NCBI GenBank assembly: GCA_965249555.1
Contig: OZ252243.1
Coordinates: forward strand, 1,472,001-1,536,000
Source: Nitrosopumilus sp.
GTDB taxonomy: Archaea; Thermoproteota; Nitrososphaeria; Nitrososphaerales; Nitrosopumilaceae
Length of the DNA: 64,000 bases
Reading direction: 5' to 3'
Positions 29,443 to 38,424 of this stretch are shown piece after piece; position 1 is the stretch's first letter, and each line of letters starts with the position of its first letter. The notes under the pieces are model-generated. The model was not told where the DNA came from, searched no databases, and worked only from the letters and a program-made list of their open reading frames with translations. The position numbers were made by a program, and so were the translations under genes.

Positions 29443-29796
29443 TCAATACTTAAAATCATCTATCATTTTTTTATATTCTTGAATAATTTTAGGACCGGCG
29501 AAATATTTTTTTACACAATTATCCAATTCTTTATCTAAAACAACACAACGATTTGTACCTGGAGTATACTCTGTATATCCTTTAGAATTTATTATAGCAC
29601 AATCAGCACGCAACTCTGATGCATAACATAATGTTTCATATGTTGCAAAATTAACAACAGAGTCATAATCTCCACAAAACTCAACATTTCCACCATTTAC
29701 AAGACAATAATCATTTACATTTTCAATATCAAGAAATATCATATACAAAACAATTATCAGAGGTAAAAATAAAAAAAAGAGTGGAAATTTACTCAA
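29443..29796 (-). CDS. Membrane-anchored Cys-rich hypothetical protein
   Basis: N-terminal TM, 6 Cys. Confidence 0.6.
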   Translation of the reverse strand: MSKFPLFFLFLPLIIVLYMIFLDIENVNDYCLVNGGNVEFCGDYDSVVNFATYETLCYASELRADCAIINSKGYTEYTPGTNRCVVLDKELDNCVKKYFAGPKIIQEYKKMIDDFKY

Positions 29797-29848
29797 TGTA
29801 AATTGAGGTTATGTTTGCATTATAAGAATTCCACGATCTTCTAAAGAT

Positions 29849-30079
29849 TCAAAAATCACATTCATTAATTCTAAAACTATCATAAGATGATATGATTACA
29901 GGTGTAATGCCAACTGTAGACTTATACTTATTTTCATATGCAAATGAAATAGAATCTCCATATCTCTGAGAACATTCTCTCTCAGAATCAAGTAAATTAT
30001 TATGCTTATCTTCTTGAATCATAAAGATAACAAATACCAAAACTACACCAATTATTAAAAAAAGAAAAAAGGGTTTCAT
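29849..30079 (-). CDS. Small membrane-anchored hypothetical protein
   Basis: N-terminal TM, 2 Cys. Confidence 0.55.
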   Translation of the reverse strand: MKPFFLFLIIGVVLVFVIFMIQEDKHNNLLDSERECSQRYGDSISFAYENKYKSTVGITPVIISSYDSFRINECDF

Positions 30080-30094
30080 TGAAGGTTTAACTCT

Positions 30095-30346
30095 TCAATT
30101 ATATTTTCCTTTTTTTGATTTCTTAAAAATAATAAATAAAATTGGAGTCAAAACGGCTAGAATTATAAAAAACCACATAAAAACAGGACCGTGTGCTATA
30201 GTATTACAATATGGTTCATGCCAATTACAATTGATATTGTATAATTCTACTTTAGATTCTGCAATTTTTTTAACTTCTTCAATATCTAGTTCAGCAAAAA
30301 CAGGTGAAATTATAAATAAAATAAAAAAAGTAAGGGTAGGGATCAT
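30095..30346 (-). CDS. Small exported protein with C-terminal TM anchor
   Basis: Signal peptide (PVFA), C-x6-C, TM followed by Lys-rich tail. Confidence 0.6.
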   Translation of the reverse strand: MIPTLTFFILFIISPVFAELDIEEVKKIAESKVELYNINCNWHEPYCNTIAHGPVFMWFFIILAVLTPILFIIFKKSKKGKYN

Positions 30347-30446
30347 CTCAACCCTAATTCATTAGAGATGTTTTCCCAAGTAGAGAATACAGATAGTTGA
30401 TTAGCAAATTCAGATGTACAGATACGATTTCTATAATCATCAATAT

Positions 30447-30706
30447 GACTCTAGTCAATCTAGGTGATCTGACATAATATAGAGATGCGGATCTCTCTGA
30501 ATTGAATTTCATGCTGAACTTTTCCCATACAGATCACCAAAACTATACAGTACATATTTTGGGAAATTCTGATTGGTAGTATTCAAGAATTTTTTATATC
30601 ACTTCTGACCAGGGGTTTTTTCAAGGGGGTCGGGCAATCTTGAGAAGATCCATATTTGTCACTTCTGACCACTATCTATATTAGATCACCAGAACTGACC
30701 AGAGCC
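30447..30706 (+). mobile_element. MITE-like element, full copy D
   Basis: Near-identical to copy C, same orientation. Confidence 0.88.
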
Positions 30707-30849
30707 AGCATAGGTGCCAGTTTCTGGCTGATCTAATATTATAGAGAAATCATCAGTGCCTGTTGGGTGATCTGCATATACAAGGTATAATGGAATGGAC
30801 AATACAAGCAGGGGCATTAGAAAAAGTATACGATTAATGCTCAAGTTAA

Positions 30850-33800
30850 TCATCCACAATCTGGCAGATAAGCGATATTTTGAGTGACTAGTGTGTCTGG
30901 TGTTAGTAAAGACTCGGCATGCTCAAAGTTCATTCTATATTTTATTGTAATTGTTTCAAGGGGTATCAGATCTCTTCCAAGTTCTTTCTTAGAGTCTAGA
31001 CGCTCAAATGTATCGCCAATTAACACCTCAATTACTGGAGAATCTATTGGATTGCCTAAAGAGTCAGATGGAAATACAGATAGAATATCAATTGTTTTAA
31101 CGCTGGTATTTGTGATAATCTGCTCTTTCACAGCAGATAGTAAAGAGTCAGCATCTGCTTTTCCAAAGTTGATAGCTGGGGATTCCAAGTTAATGCTGCA
31201 AGAGAGATCTGTTGAATCAAATCCTCCATCTGCATAATAAGTGCCAAGTCGCTCCCAACCTGTCTCTTCTATGCCCCATACTGCATAGTTGGCTGCTGCC
31301 AAGTCGCCAAATTCATCAAGGGACACATCACCTAGTGCACCATAATTTCTTTGCACTACACCAGGTATACCGCTTGCAATGGAGTCAAGAGATGCATCTG
31401 TACCTGCTGCATCCACTGCAAGTCCTATTGCCCATATGGTATCATAAGAGGAATATGCATAAACATTAGGGGTATCATTTGGGAATTTAGACTGTAAATT
31501 GGTGTACAAACCAATATACTTTGGAGAGGCAGGGTCTGCATCAAATATACATGATGTAAAATCAACATCAACTAGGAATTGCTTTATCTCCGGATCATCA
31601 ACAAGACTGGAACTGAGTACTTGTGCATCAGAGCCTATCCAGGACACAGTACGTAAAGCAGGATATTGTAGTGATTCTTGTACAATGTGCTCCAACTCAA
31701 AACCGACATACAAAATTGCAATCTCATCACGCTCAAAAGATGATTCCCTAACAGCCTCATCTAATCCCCTAACTAAATCTGGGAACTGGCCTTTACATGT
31801 AATGTCGGATTTGTCATCACAGAAAGCATAGGTTCTAGCAGTATCATCAACTGTGCCGCTAAGACTTTCAAATTTATCACTAGTGGATTCTGCAAATCCA
31901 ATACCAAATGGATCATCAATGTGTAATGGAATCAATTGTCTTTTGCCATCATCATACAATAAATTGGCAATGACAAGGCCATGTTGAAGATCACTGGGTG
32001 CTAGCCTGAATATATTATCAATTGCTGCAAGGGATGGAGCAGTAGAGCAACAGCTAACCAAGGACAAATCAGCGTTGTCTTCTTCAATTAATGTCGCATT
32101 TATCTTTGCTAATCCAGATGATATGGACGGACCAGAGATAAAATTAATGCCATTACTATAAAGATCTTCAGCTTCAGCTAAAATCACATCAGGATTTTTT
32201 TGGGAATCCCTAACGTCTATGGATAGGCGCCAGTCGGCATTGTTTTCTATCAAATATCCATTAAAGTTCGATACTGCTACAAAGGTAGCATATTTCCTGT
32301 GGTCCCCTGCATCATCCTGCCTGCCAGTTTCTGGAACTATGGCACCAATGCCAAATACGGTTTTATCAGTTCTCACCCAGCCGTCGGCATCAGATATGCT
32401 AGTTGTATGATAAGCGTTAGGTGCATCCAAATCCCCTACAGCATTTAGGGCGTATTGCTTCCCTAATGCACCATCATAAAAAGTGCTAGTATCATCCAAG
32501 TCACTTTGTATTGATGTGACATCATCGTCGTGTTCAGTTACCAGGTCGCCAAAAAGTTTCACACTATCATGTACAGAGTTGTGGTATGAATGGTACCTTA
32601 TCCCAAAGGGCTGTAATGCGTCTTGCAGTTCCAGTGCAAGAATGTTTGGCTCTATGCCAAATATTACAGAAGTAAAGCTTACCTTCCTAGCAAATTCTAA
32701 TGCCTTACTATTCTCCAATATGGTAGGGTCATATCCAATTACTCCAGGTGTATACCATTTTAGATTACCTAAGACACTATCAGCTTCAATATTATCAGCC
32801 AAACTAATAAAATGAGAGCTTGCTCCAATAAGCAATACTGCTATTTCAGCATCAGTAGAAGGATCTGCTCCAGTAGTTAGTGTAGTGTAGAATCCTTCCA
32901 TACTTGCCACAGCTGCTGAATAATCTTGACCTGTTACTGATAATGGCTGCGCGTTAGTATGTTCAGCAAATAATTCACGATAACCTTCACCCCATTCATT
33001 GTCCAGATAGAAAATTAAAAGTTCAGTCTTTCCATCAGATTCCAAAAGATCTTCCAACACTTGTTTTTCATTTGATATGTCTGGCACCAGCCTGTATATG
33101 CTATCTTTTTCGGCAAGGGATGTGGCAGCAGAGGTGGGAGAGATCAAGATGGCATCGTTACCATCAAAGAATGGCTGTGCTTGTGTAACGGGGGTGCTAA
33201 AAGTTAGTCCTGAAAAATATTTTATCTTTTCATCAATAACGTATTGAGAGGCAAAAACGAAACCGTCATGGAGTACAAACCATGCACGTCTTGTCTGCTC
33301 AAATCCAGTGTAAGGGTCATCAATGGTGTAACTTACCCAGGTACCACCAGTCTGTAAATCAGACAAAATATCTGCAGGGGTCCTGTCAGGTACACCTACA
33401 GATACGGCACTCTTACTAACTAAAGAAGGATATTTGGCATTTGCAACTATCTGATAAGTAGTACCATCAATCACAAATGGGTAAAAGAAATCCTCAGCAG
33501 GATCAAATGATTTATTAATTTCATCAAACTTTTTATCCGTAGAACTAGCATCATATGTGTCAATTGCTTTATTGACTATCGCCTCTAAGATGGGCTGGTG
33601 ACCTGCATCCCCAATAGGTGGGTTGTACCCTGCACCGATAATATGTCCAGAAGGCTCGTGTAATACAAGCAAAGAGCGCTTGATGCCATCACTGCCAGTT
33701 ACAGTATTAGCAAAAGTATACTGCCACCACAACTCTGGAGCACCACTATCAAGTATATCATATGCAGAAGCAAAGTCCCTGTCAGAATTACCTACCAAGT

Positions 33801-35466
33801 CATTAGCATTTTGGCCAACTAGATCAGCACTAGTACCATGAGCTATAATCTTACCAGTTTTATCTATAACAAATGGATAAGGGTCTGTAGTATAACCCTC
33901 TATTGAAAATGTTCCAGCAAGAGCATCATAATTGGCTGTGGCTGCATCTATAGTATCCTTTAATGAAGAATAGTAAAAGTCATCGTACGTGCCATCGTAT
34001 AGTGCATTTAATGCAGGTAGTGCACCATTACCAGTGTTTATAGTGTGCAGTTGTATGTCAACATCATCAAAGTTTTGGGCAGCTAGTGCCATAGTTACTG
34101 CAAAGTCATCCTCATAAAAGAAATGATTGTCCAAATCAAGCAATACGCCCACATCAATTATAGTCGAATCATCCACGTACGTCAAAATAAATGTACCATC
34201 AGGAAAATATGTGCCAAGTCGTTCCCATACGCTGTCTTCTATGCCAAATATTCCAAAGTTAGCCTCTTCTAGGTCTCCAAACTCATCTAGTGTGACATCA
34301 CCTAATGCGCCATTATCATTTTCATTTATTGCCTTCTCTAAATCCACTTCTCCATAAATATGACTTGCACCACCAGCTGTCTCTATTGCCAGTCCTATTG
34401 CCCATATGCTGTCATATGCAGAATACACATACTTTAATGGAATATCATCTGGAAATGCATTATCCAATGCTGTTTTTAATGATCTAAATCTTTCAGTGTC
34501 TGATTCAAACTCAAATGTGCATGACCTAAAGTTTGTATCAGATAGAAATTCTGCCATATCTGGGTCGTCTACAAGCTCTTGTTTTTGTGCATCGATATCA
34601 GAGCCTACCCATTGTACCAGCCTGAGTGCAGGATATTTCATAGCTTCTGCTATAAAGTCAGGCGAATGAAATCCGACATAGAGAACAAAAATTCTATCAG
34701 CACCATTTGATCTGATTTGTTCTAGTACTATATCATTTAGATCAGAGACAAGATCTGTAAACTGACCATCACATGTAGGATTGCCATCATCTAGATTAGC
34801 ACAATCTTTGTAGGATAATATGCCGTTACTAGTGTAAATTGCATCAGGATTAGTCTGTTCTTGATATATTGCAGTACCGCCTAGTCCCTCAAATGTCTTA
34901 ACTGTACTATTAGCTAGTCCGCGGCCAAAGGGATCATTGACATAAACAGGGATTGCAATTGTTTTGCCTGAATTATACACTAGATTTGCAATGACTGGCC
35001 CATGCTTTGAATCACTTGGAACCAAACGATAAATGCTATCAATTACAGCAAGTTCGGGCGCAGTAGAAGAATAGCTGACTAAAGACAATTCAATACTATT
35101 GGCATCAATGTATGTCTTTATAGCATCAACAGAATCGGAACGTGCGGGTCCGGAGATAAATTGTATGTCATTATCTATGAAGGATTTAACTTCTTCTAAT
35201 GATTTATCAGCATCAGAAGCCGTATCCCTAATTTCTAAAACAAGATGCCAGTCTGCACCTTTATCAGACAGATATGCGTTAAAGTCCTCAAGTGCCTTTT
35301 CTATTGCAAGTTTTGCATGCACGCCAATGGATTTAGATGCACCAGTCTCTGGAACCAGAGCCCCAATCTTTACCTCTGTGAGGGGTTCCTGTGCAACAGC
35401 TGGATGTATAAATGCCACACAAATTAGAGCCAAAACAGAAAATAGAAGAAATATGTTGTTATGCAA
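30850..35466 (-). CDS. Giant exported protein: three type-I periplasmic-binding (LIV/venus-flytrap) domains, two Cache-like domains, C-terminal beta domain
   Basis: Signal peptide; IGA.VPETG, ISGP..S, STAP.LA, YRLVPSD, AYD..W, GALG...LDEFGD repeats; YPFVID...I.AHG...W.QY.F.N...G....KR Cache motifs. Confidence 0.85.
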   Translation of the reverse strand: MHNNIFLLFSVLALICVAFIHPAVAQEPLTEVKIGALVPETGASKSIGVHAKLAIEKALEDFNAYLSDKGADWHLVLEIRDTASDADKSLEEVKSFIDNDIQFISGPARSDSVDAIKTYIDANSIELSLVSYSSTAPELAVIDSIYRLVPSDSKHGPVIANLVYNSGKTIAIPVYVNDPFGRGLANSTVKTFEGLGGTAIYQEQTNPDAIYTSNGILSYKDCANLDDGNPTCDGQFTDLVSDLNDIVLEQIRSNGADRIFVLYVGFHSPDFIAEAMKYPALRLVQWVGSDIDAQKQELVDDPDMAEFLSDTNFRSCTFEFESDTERFRSLKTALDNAFPDDIPLKYVYSAYDSIWAIGLAIETAGGASHIYGEVDLEKAINENDNGALGDVTLDEFGDLEEANFGIFGIEDSVWERLGTYFPDGTFILTYVDDSTIIDVGVLLDLDNHFFYEDDFAVTMALAAQNFDDVDIQLHTINTGNGALPALNALYDGTYDDFYYSSLKDTIDAATANYDALAGTFSIEGYTTDPYPFVIDKTGKIIAHGTSADLVGQNANDLVGNSDRDFASAYDILDSGAPELWWQYTFANTVTGSDGIKRSLLVLHEPSGHIIGAGYNPPIGDAGHQPILEAIVNKAIDTYDASSTDKKFDEINKSFDPAEDFFYPFVIDGTTYQIVANAKYPSLVSKSAVSVGVPDRTPADILSDLQTGGTWVSYTIDDPYTGFEQTRRAWFVLHDGFVFASQYVIDEKIKYFSGLTFSTPVTQAQPFFDGNDAILISPTSAATSLAEKDSIYRLVPDISNEKQVLEDLLESDGKTELLIFYLDNEWGEGYRELFAEHTNAQPLSVTGQDYSAAVASMEGFYTTLTTGADPSTDAEIAVLLIGASSHFISLADNIEADSVLGNLKWYTPGVIGYDPTILENSKALEFARKVSFTSVIFGIEPNILALELQDALQPFGIRYHSYHNSVHDSVKLFGDLVTEHDDDVTSIQSDLDDTSTFYDGALGKQYALNAVGDLDAPNAYHTTSISDADGWVRTDKTVFGIGAIVPETGRQDDAGDHRKYATFVAVSNFNGYLIENNADWRLSIDVRDSQKNPDVILAEAEDLYSNGINFISGPSISSGLAKINATLIEEDNADLSLVSCCSTAPSLAAIDNIFRLAPSDLQHGLVIANLLYDDGKRQLIPLHIDDPFGIGFAESTSDKFESLSGTVDDTARTYAFCDDKSDITCKGQFPDLVRGLDEAVRESSFERDEIAILYVGFELEHIVQESLQYPALRTVSWIGSDAQVLSSSLVDDPEIKQFLVDVDFTSCIFDADPASPKYIGLYTNLQSKFPNDTPNVYAYSSYDTIWAIGLAVDAAGTDASLDSIASGIPGVVQRNYGALGDVSLDEFGDLAAANYAVWGIEETGWERLGTYYADGGFDSTDLSCSINLESPAINFGKADADSLLSAVKEQIITNTSVKTIDILSVFPSDSLGNPIDSPVIEVLIGDTFERLDSKKELGRDLIPLETITIKYRMNFEHAESLLTPDTLVTQNIAYLPDCG

Positions 35467-35759
35467 TTAAATTTTAACAATAATAATCTAATATAAAAAT
35501 TTGGGCGATCAGATAACCGATCACTCTATTATTATTATGGCATATTTCACAAAAATAATGGACGAAATTTATTATTTGCAAAAACAATCTCTGATGAATC
35601 ATTGTTAGTATAATTCCAAGAATCTGAAAAACATGGCTGCAAGAGTAAATATTGATGTGTCTGAGAGCAGATGGAATAACTTGTTTGCTTGTGATAAAAC
35701 ATGCGCTAGATGCATACTAGTTTTGCAATCTATCGTGTTTTCAGTTTTTTATAGTTTCT

Positions 35760-36191
35760 CTACATCAGCCCAACAACAAAAAATGGTGCAGACCAAGAGA
35801 AGCTAATAATGACGCCAATAATCATGATCAATTGTGTTTCAAGATCGTTTGGGATATCGTGGCCGTTTGTAAAAACCCCATAAAACGTTGACAGTAAGCT
35901 ATGTATGCCAAAAAAGAGACAAGTCATGCTGAGAATAAAATAAGTGTTTTTCTTGTGTGCAGGATACCTTTTTCTTATTACTAGCACTAGTCCTGCAATG
36001 ATTCCTATAACTGTAAGTGTAATCTGAAAAATCACAGTACGCAAGTTCCAGTCAATATCGCATGTGTCTGTTTGCTCGTTGTACGCATGTGTTAATTGGC
36101 AATCCAATGAAAATCTAGATTCAGCACTGAAACTATCTTGAGGGATAGGCATCATCAAGGCAATTAGGAGGAAAAAGTAAAAAGTTCTCAT
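35760..36191 (-). CDS. Membrane protein, hypothetical
   Basis: Signal peptide, Cys pair, three TM segments. Confidence 0.6.
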   Translation of the reverse strand: MRTFYFFLLIALMMPIPQDSFSAESRFSLDCQLTHAYNEQTDTCDIDWNLRTVIFQITLTVIGIIAGLVLVIRKRYPAHKKNTYFILSMTCLFFGIHSLLSTFYGVFTNGHDIPNDLETQLIMIIGVIISFSWSAPFFVVGLM

Positions 36192-36399
36192 TAGTCAGTT
36201 ACCGAAATGGCACCCCCATTTTCCATAGTCCCACATTGATTGGGGTTTGTGATTTTAACAAGATATCTTTTAACACTGAAACATAATGTTTGTGTTGAAA
36301 TTCATCTTCTTCTTTAGTAGTTAATGCATTATCGCGATAGTAATCAATTCCTGAATCTTCAGAATTATCTTTTGTCAAGTATGAATCTGTTACCTATCT

Positions 36400-36794
36400 G
36401 CAATAATACTATTTTCTTCAAACAAATCCAGAATCTTTTTGTTTTAAACTCTTGATAATTTACTTCTAAATGGGGTCGATATAGTGTGCAAAAAGGTTGA
36501 CTACCAGTCAGTCCACACACCCTCATAGGGTTTCATGATTTTGGTTCAACACCTCATCCTATCCATTTAGATGGCATCTTGCATCATCGATGGCATCTTC
36601 TTACCAAGTACTTACCATCTTCTTGCATCAGACAATGATTCATTTACCAAAACCCTATCAAACTTTTTGATTAGTAAAACATTCTTTTCACTTAGGTCTT
36701 TTTGCATTAATGCAAATGTTCTAAAAATAATTCTGTCATAATTGTATAATTTGATCGAGCCTTTTTCTGATCTCGAAATTTGCTGTTTTGACAT
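36400..36794 (-). pseudogene. Probable tyrosine-integrase remnant next to the tRNA-Glu 3' end
   Basis: LYNY.......LSEKN..LI.KFD...V...LS.AR resembles the N-terminus of archaeal integrases; frame breaks after 60 aa; left limit approximate. Confidence 0.5.
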
Positions 36795-36838
36795 TCTGTA
36801 TATAAAAGAACATGCAGGATATTAAACCAGATGTGTAA

Positions 36839-36913
36839 TGCTCCCATCGGGATTTGAACCCGAGTCTTTGGCTTGAGAAGCCAAAATGCTTAACCGGACT
36901 ACACTATAGGAGC
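36839..36913 (-). tRNA. tRNA-Glu (CTC)
   Basis: Reverse complement GCTCCTA...TTGGC-TTCTCAA-GCCAA...GGTTCAAATCC...TGGGAGC-A. Confidence 0.95.
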
Positions 36914-37017
36914 CTGATGAAAAACAATCTCAATCTCAATTTAAAGGAAATGCTTGAATGAATTTGTAAAATTTTGTGAGTTGCGTCCTTTATAGAAAAA
37001 TCAAATATACCAATTAC

Positions 37018-37902
37018 ATGGATATTGAAAAATTCATAGCAGAAAATGAATTATCTAACTTTCCAGTTGGTTTGGGTGGATGTAGAATTTCTGATTCTCA
37101 TTTTGATTCATGTTCATATGATGTTATTGTGTTTGATGAAAAATCAGAACCAAAAAAAATCATCAAGTCGGGAAACGAATTTGTAACTATTTATCATGCA
37201 TCCTTATCTGAAACTACCTCACAAAAACTTCTTCAATATGACAATTTACAGATAATTCAAGATGAATCATGGGATTTACGGATGTTATTATCTAAAATTA
37301 ACAAAAAACATTCTTTACTCTTTTCTGATTTTGCAAAAAATTCTTTGATTGAATCCATGTTTTATTGTCAAAAAACTAAAGAAGCAATTCAAAACTCTGA
37401 TGTTTTTGCTCCATGTTGGCAAAAATGTGCATCTTACTATTTAGCTGATGCAATATCCTCACTAAACCATCAAAGATCAAGTCCCTCTCATATGCTAGAC
37501 CTACTTCGAAAATTAGAAAAAAGTTCAATCAATGAGCATATCTCAGTTGCCACTCAAACCATTGGAATTGAAAGGGCTACTCCAACTTTGCTTGAACGTA
37601 TGCTAAAATCAACTATTGGATTCTCTGATTTGGTTGAAAAAAATAATCACTCTCAAATTATTCAGCAAAAACATGATTTCTTTGTAGATAATTCAATGCT
37701 TTCTGATTGCTATTTCTATTTTGGATATATCAACAAAGAGAATTTCATCAAAATCAAGAATACTTTGAGCAGAGAGCAAGACCTTATCCATATTCTAAAG
37801 ATTGCCTTTGATATTGAATCTGATTCTAATTTATTATTGCAACAAGCTGAACTTGTCCAGAAATCCTGTAATGACATACTTGAGATTGTATCTAAAGCCT
37901 AA
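37018..37902 (+). CDS. Conserved thaumarchaeal protein (nucleotidyltransferase-like N-terminus)
   Basis: GLGGC......D...YD..VFD; ATG at 37018 preferred. Confidence 0.7.
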   Translation: MDIEKFIAENELSNFPVGLGGCRISDSHFDSCSYDVIVFDEKSEPKKIIKSGNEFVTIYHASLSETTSQKLLQYDNLQIIQDESWDLRMLLSKINKKHSLLFSDFAKNSLIESMFYCQKTKEAIQNSDVFAPCWQKCASYYLADAISSLNHQRSSPSHMLDLLRKLEKSSINEHISVATQTIGIERATPTLLERMLKSTIGFSDLVEKNNHSQIIQQKHDFFVDNSMLSDCYFYFGYINKENFIKIKNTLSREQDLIHILKIAFDIESDSNLLLQQAELVQKSCNDILEIVSKA

Positions 37903-37955
37903 TTTTCTAGCCCTTTGTACCAACCTTTTAAAACAAGTAGGATTACTGGTTTGTC

Positions 37956-38102
37956 ATGGTAGATCAAGCATGTGGATGCGAAGCAGATAGCGGCGATCCT
38001 GATTATGCATGTGATTGTGCAATGCAAGGTCATTGTATATGCAGTGCAGATTGTCAATGTAAAACCGACGTTTGTAAAGAAGCTGTCGGACAAATGTCCT
38101 AA
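37956..38102 (+). CDS. Metallothionein-like 48-aa protein (not in ORF track)
   Basis: MVDQACGCEADSGDPDYACDCAMQGHCICSADCQCKTDVCKEAVGQMS; 9 Cys, four CxC. Confidence 0.75.
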   Translation: MVDQACGCEADSGDPDYACDCAMQGHCICSADCQCKTDVCKEAVGQMS

Positions 38103-38139
38103 AATAGCTAATTACAATCTTATTTTTTATTTTTTAAAA

Positions 38140-38307
38140 TTATTCGTCTTCTTCCTCAAAGCCCCATGATTTTACTAATTCTTTTTGGAACTTGTCTGCT
38201 TGCTTTTCATCTAATGAAAATCCACAATTCTTGTGTGTTGGAACTACAGTCATTCCATCCATTTTGAACTCTACTTCAAACAAGTGTACTTTTGAGCATT
38301 CACACAT
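38140..38307 (-). CDS. Small 55-aa protein, possible Zn-binding (not in ORF track)
   Basis: MCECSKVHLFEVEFKMDGMTVVPTHKNCGFSLDEKQADKFQKELVKSWGFEEEDE. Confidence 0.7.
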   Translation of the reverse strand: MCECSKVHLFEVEFKMDGMTVVPTHKNCGFSLDEKQADKFQKELVKSWGFEEEDE

Positions 38308-38424
38308 TTCTGAATCCCTGTAAATTTTACTCTATATTTGCTTATTTGAATTACCTGTTGATGAGTATTCTTATTTTATACAAACCTGAATAACGTTTAA
38401 CTAGGATATTCCACAATTATTGTT

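Noticed and set aside
24363-30706. Integron attC array
   Set aside because: No GTTRRRY/RYYYAAC ends and no IntI; the repeats have transposon-like TIRs
30884-35470. Many plus-strand ORFs of 60-120 aa
   Set aside because: Antisense shadows of the 1538-aa gene
21400-36800. Intact provirus
   Set aside because: No capsid, packaging or replication genes recognisable
37802-38169. Track ORFs 37802-37990, 37899-38093 and 37972-38169
   Set aside because: Shadow frames of the 48-aa Cys-rich ORF
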